Assembly: GCA_017510825.1 (NCBI GenBank)
Contig: JAFWMA010000010.1
Coordinates: forward strand, 21,647 to 85,646
Length of the DNA: 64,000 nucleotides
Origin: Clostridia bacterium
GTDB taxonomy: Bacteria > Bacillota > Clostridia > TANB77 > CAG-508
Direction of reading: 5' to 3'
The notes beneath the pieces were generated by a model that searched no databases, was not told the origin of the DNA, and worked only from the letters and a program-made list of their open reading frames with translations. The translations under genes were made by a program, and so were the position numbers. Of the stretch, positions 60,531 to 64,000 are shown in pieces; position 1 is the first letter of the stretch; the number at the start of each line of letters is the position of its first letter.

Positions 60531-60871
60531 TGTTGCCTGAAGATATTATTATAAAGCCAATAGTTACTGAAAAAAGTAATGATGAGGTACAATTTGGGAA
60601 GTATACCTTTAAAGTAAATAAAAAAGCTACAAAGGTAGATATTAAAAGAGCTTGTGAAAAACTTTTTGATGTTAAGGTTATAAAAGTTAACACAATTTCT
60701 GTAAAAGGAAAAGAAAAGAGAGTAGGAAGAAGTGCAGGTATGACTTCTGATTGGAAGAAAGCTATTGTTACAATTGATACCAATCCAAATGATCAAAAAT
60801 ATACAGGTAAAGGTGGAAAAGTAACAAAAGTTTCTAAAAAGTATAAGGATTCTATTGAAGGAATTATTTAA
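60530..60871 (+). CDS. rplW: 50S ribosomal protein L23 (C-terminally extended)
   Basis: TAATG overlap with rplD; IIKPIVTEKS...KYTFKV...WKKAIVT then ~18 extra residues. Confidence 0.95.
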   Translation: MLPEDIIIKPIVTEKSNDEVQFGKYTFKVNKKATKVDIKRACEKLFDVKVIKVNTISVKGKEKRVGRSAGMTSDWKKAIVTIDTNPNDQKYTGKGGKVTKVSKKYKDSIEGII

Positions 60872-60996
60872 TTATTCCATAATTTGTTTTTTACTGTGTC
60901 AATATTAATTAAAAACGCGGTTACGTATAACATATACGCGCTATTGCCTTTTTAATTAACATTTCTTAGTGAAAATCCAAATTCTGAAATAATTAA
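60868..60996. repeat. ~129-bp palindromic MITE-like element starting at the rplW stop codon
   Basis: Outer arms TTAATTATTCCATAATTTG / CAAATTCTGAAATAATTAA; inner ATTAATTAAAAA / TTTTTAATTAA; centre CGCGGTTACGTATAACATATACGCG. Confidence 0.7.
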
Positions 60997-61079
60997 AAAA
61001 ACGAAAACTAGCGAGAAATAACTCGGATAATAAATTTTAACTGTAGGTGAAGCAGGAAAATTTTCACTAAATTTTAAAT

Positions 61080-61172
61080 AAGGAGGTTAAGATTTTTTTA
61101 AACATAGAAATTAATTATTTAATGTTGATAATTAAGTTATATAGTGTTTTAAAAGTCTTGTAGAAGAAAATG
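61080..61172 (+). promoter_or_regulatory. rplB translation-initiation region: SD and AUG separated by a ~74-nt hairpin
   Basis: AAGGAGG 61080-61086; stem arms 61087-61105 / 61143-61160; UAGAAGAAA then AUG 61170. Confidence 0.5.
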
Positions 61173-61997
61173 GGAGTAAAGAAATTTAGACCAACAACTC
61201 CATCATTAAGAAATATGACTGTTTCAGATTTTTCAGAAATTACAAAGAAAACTCCTGAAAAATCACTTCTAACAGCAAAAAAGAAAAATGCTGGTAGAAA
61301 TGCACAAGGAAAAATAACAGTTAGACATCAAGGTGGAGGAAATAGGCAAAAATATAGAATTATTGATTTTAAAAGAAATAAAGTTGAGATGGAAGCAACT
61401 GTTATGGGAATTGAATATGACCCAAATAGAAGTGCTAATATTGCTTTAATAAAATATGAAGATGGAACTTTAAATTATATTATAGCTCCAAAGGGATTAA
61501 CTGATGGAGATAAAGTCATTTCTTCAGATAAAGCAGATATTAAACCAGGAAACTGTATGAAATTAGAGAATATTCCTTTAGGTACTTTAGTTCATAATGT
61601 TGAAATAAACCCTGGTCAGGGTGCAAAATTTGTTAGAAGTGCAGGACAATCAGCACAATTAATGGCTAAGGAAGGAAAATATGCTCATTTAAGATTACCA
61701 TCTGGAGAAATGAGATTAGTTTTAGCTGTTTGTAAGGCTACTATTGGAGAAATTGGAAATGATGACCATAAAAATATAAAAATAGGAAAAGCAGGAAAGA
61801 AAAGACATATGGGAATTAGACCTACAGTTAGAGGTTCTGCTATGAACCCTAATGACCATCCACATGGTGGTGGTGAAGGTAAGGCTCCAGTAGGTCATCC
61901 AGGACCACTTACACCTTGGGGTAAACCAGCACTTGGATATAAGACTAGAGCAAAACATAAGAAATCGAATAGATTAATAACAAAGAGACGTAAATAA
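61170..61997 (+). CDS. rplB: 50S ribosomal protein L2
   Basis: [12 protein letters not shown]..., GGGEGKAP, 275 aa. Confidence 0.97.
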   Translation: MGVKKFRPTTPSLRNMTVSDFSEITKKTPEKSLLTAKKKNAGRNAQGKITVRHQGGGNRQKYRIIDFKRNKVEMEATVMGIEYDPNRSANIALIKYEDGTLNYIIAPKGLTDGDKVISSDKADIKPGNCMKLENIPLGTLVHNVEINPGQGAKFVRSAGQSAQLMAKEGKYAHLRLPSGEMRLVLAVCKATIGEIGNDDHKNIKIGKAGKKRHMGIRPTVRGSAMNPNDHPHGGGEGKAPVGHPGPLTPWGKPALGYKTRAKHKKSNRLITKRRK

Positions 61998-62012
61998 TGG
62001 AAAGGAGATAAT

Positions 62013-62288
62013 ATGTCAAGGTCAAGTAATAAAATGCCATTTGTTGCTCCTGAGTTATTAAAGAGAATAGAAGCAATGAATGAAAGTGGAGAAAAGAAAG
62101 TTTTAAAAACTTGGTCAAGAGCTTCAACAATTTATCCACAAATGGTTGGACATACAATTGCTGTTCATGATGGAAGAAAGCATGTACCTATTTATATACA
62201 AGAAGAAATGATTGGACATAAACTTGGAGAATTTGCACCAACAAGAACATATAAAGGCCATGCTGGAAGCAAAAATGCAACTAAATAA
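62013..62288 (+). CDS. rpsS: 30S ribosomal protein S19
   Basis: [30 protein letters not shown]. Confidence 0.97.
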   Translation: MSRSSNKMPFVAPELLKRIEAMNESGEKKVLKTWSRASTIYPQMVGHTIAVHDGRKHVPIYIQEEMIGHKLGEFAPTRTYKGHAGSKNATK

Positions 62289-62388
62289 GCAATAGCAGCT
62301 CTTAGATAATCACAAAGTATAATTCGAAAGTGTTTTGAAGATGTTATAAGAGAAAATAAAGAGAAATTTAATAAGGAGGTAAAAGTAA

Positions 62389-62916
62389 GTGGCAGACGAG
62401 AAAAAGAAAAAAGTAGATACAAAAAAAGTTGAAGAGAAAAAAGAAACTTCTAAAAAATCTACAACAAAAAAAGCTGAAGAGTCTAAAACTGTAAAAAAGG
62501 AAACAACTACACCTAAAACAAAAGCTCCTGCTAAAAAAGTTGCTCCTAAGAAGGAAGTTAAAAAGAGTATTGATGAAGAATTAGTAGCAACTGCAACTGT
62601 AAAATATGCAAGAATTTCTAGCAGAAAAGTAAAAATAGTAGCAGATTTAATAAGAGGTAAAAATGTAGATGAAGCTTTAGCAATTTTACAATTTACACAA
62701 AAAGCAGGTAGTGAGATTTTAATAAAATTGTTAAACTCGGCTATAGCTAATGCTGAAAATAATAATCAGATGACTCATAGTAAGTTATATGTAGCAGAAA
62801 TATATTCTAACCAGGGCCCTACATTAAAGAGAATTAGACCAGCCGCAAAAGGTAGTGCAGTTAGAATCAGAAAGAGAACTAGCCATACAACTATAGTTCT
62901 TAAAGAAAGAAATTAA
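62389..62916 (+). CDS. rplV: 50S ribosomal protein L22 with ~60-aa Lys-rich N-terminal extension
   Basis: GTG start 9 nt after AAGGAGG; core ATVKYARISSRKVKIVADLIRGKNVDEAL begins at residue ~68. Confidence 0.93.
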   Translation: MADEKKKKVDTKKVEEKKETSKKSTTKKAEESKTVKKETTTPKTKAPAKKVAPKKEVKKSIDEELVATATVKYARISSRKVKIVADLIRGKNVDEALAILQFTQKAGSEILIKLLNSAIANAENNNQMTHSKLYVAEIYSNQGPTLKRIRPAAKGSAVRIRKRTSHTTIVLKERN

Positions 62917-62937
62917 TTAAAGGAGGCCAAAAACAAA

Positions 62938-63627
62938 ATGGGACAAAAAGTAGATCCACGTGGATTTAGGGTTGGTATAATTAATGACTGGAATTCAAAA
63001 TGGTATGCTGATAAAAAGCACTATGGAGAGTACCTTGTTGAAGACCATAAAATCCGTGAATATATAAAGAAAAAATTGTATGTTAGTGGAATTTCAAAAA
63101 TTGAAATTGAGAGAACATCAAAATTTGTTAAAGTTAATGTGTATACTGCTAAGCCAGGTTTAGTTATTGGAAAAGGTGGAAATTTAGCAGAGAGTTTAAA
63201 ATCAGAAATTGAAAAAATGATTGGAAAACATGTTAACCTAAATATTGTTGAAGTTAAGGATGTGGATACTAATGCACAATTGGTTGCAGAAAATATTGCA
63301 TCTCAACTTGAAAGAAGAATTTCATTTAGACGTGCTATGAAGCAGTCTATGCAAAAAGCTATGAAAATGGGAGCTAAAGGAATTAAAGCTGCTTGTTCAG
63401 GTAGATTAGGTGGTGCCGATATGGCAAGAACAGAGTTTTACAAAGATGGAACAGTACCACTTCAAACTCTTAGAGCTGATATAGATTATGGCTTTGCAGA
63501 AGCAGATACAACCTATGGAAAAATAGGTGTAAAAGTTTGGATTTATAAAGGCGAAATTCTTCCAGAAAAGAAAGACAAGAGAGTGGAAGGAGGAGATAAC
63601 CATGCCATTAATGCCAAAAAAGACTAA
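62938..63627 (+). CDS. rpsC: 30S ribosomal protein S3
   Basis: [14 protein letters not shown]..., KH domain GKGG, 229 aa. Confidence 0.97.
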   Translation: MGQKVDPRGFRVGIINDWNSKWYADKKHYGEYLVEDHKIREYIKKKLYVSGISKIEIERTSKFVKVNVYTAKPGLVIGKGGNLAESLKSEIEKMIGKHVNLNIVEVKDVDTNAQLVAENIASQLERRISFRRAMKQSMQKAMKMGAKGIKAACSGRLGGADMARTEFYKDGTVPLQTLRADIDYGFAEADTTYGKIGVKVWIYKGEILPEKKDKRVEGGDNHAINAKKD

Positions 63628-64000
63628 GTTTAGAAAACAACAAAAAGGTAGAAATAGAGGTAAAGCAACAAGAGGAAATAAAGTTGCTTATGGTGAATAT
63701 GGAATTCAATCATTAGAATTAGGACAAATTACTTCAAATCAAATTGAAGCTGCCCGTGTTGCTATGACTAGATATATAAAAAGAGGTGGAAAAGTTTGGA
63801 TTACAATATTTCCAGATAAGCCATTAACAGCTAAACCTATTGGTACTCGTATGGGTAAAGGAAAAGGAGCTGTTGAGCGTTGGGTTGCAAATGTTAAACC
63901 TGGAAGGGTTATGTTTGAAATAGCTGGTGTTCCAGAAGATGTTGCTAGAGAGGCTTTAAGGCTTGCAGGCTCTAAACTATCTGTTAAAACTAAATTTGTA
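63602..64000 (+). CDS. rplP: 50S ribosomal protein L16 (3' end cut by the window)
   Basis: [20 protein letters not shown]...; overlaps the rpsC end; not in the ORF track because no stop lies in the window. Confidence 0.93.
   Translation, partial: MPLMPKKTKFRKQQKGRNRGKATRGNKVAYGEYGIQSLELGQITSNQIEAARVAMTRYIKRGGKVWITIFPDKPLTAKPIGTRMGKGKGAVERWVANVKPGRVMFEIAGVPEDVAREALRLAGSKLSVKTKFV

Noticed and set aside
60455-60796. 113-aa and 93-aa ORFs on the - strand
   Set aside because: They are antisense to rplD and rplW; they are shadow ORFs.

Overview
AT-rich chromosomal core segment of a spore-forming, Clostridia-like Firmicute (alpha/beta SASP, SpoVT and AbrB are present). The gene content is almost all housekeeping. 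It comprises the str operon (rpsL-rpsG-fusA-tuf), greA, a T-box-controlled aspS...gatCAB cluster, metG, glmS with its ribozyme, trxA, rlmN-stp-prkC, glyQS, ileS, queA-tgt-(insert)-yajC-secD/F-like, abrB, recN, lysS, tsaD, a cell-wall hydrolase, ireB-ruvX, and the first nine genes of the S10 operon (rpsJ to rplP, cut by the window end). I saw no rRNA, tRNA, CRISPR or prophage. The unusual part is what has happened to these genes. (i) A single HUH/Y1 RAYT-type transposase gene (37263-38006) is bracketed by exact inverted copies of a ~33-nt repeat unit (GGGTCGTCCCAAAYTGCAAA...). Units of that family, and a GGGACGGAGC variant, recur at several other sites, at gene boundaries or inside essential elements. 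A 66-bp near-perfect hairpin made of them sits in P1 of the glmS ribozyme. A 168-nt in-frame block sits inside trmFO. One unit appears to supply the last codons and the stop of ileS. (ii) A second class of ~125-bp palindromic MITE-like elements with GTGAAAA-type termini has inflated the spacers of the str and S10 operons (566, 346 and 298 bp). In one case a ~74-nt hairpin separates the rplB Shine-Dalgarno from its start codon. (iii) The accessory Sec genes look decayed: frameshifted yajC, SecD without its conserved motif, truncated SecF. (iv) A three-gene module encodes a 1019-aa receiver-like/ParA-like protein with a Q/N/Y-rich prion-like region and two AT-hooks. All assignments come from motif recognition and alignment by eye; no database search or folding program was available.
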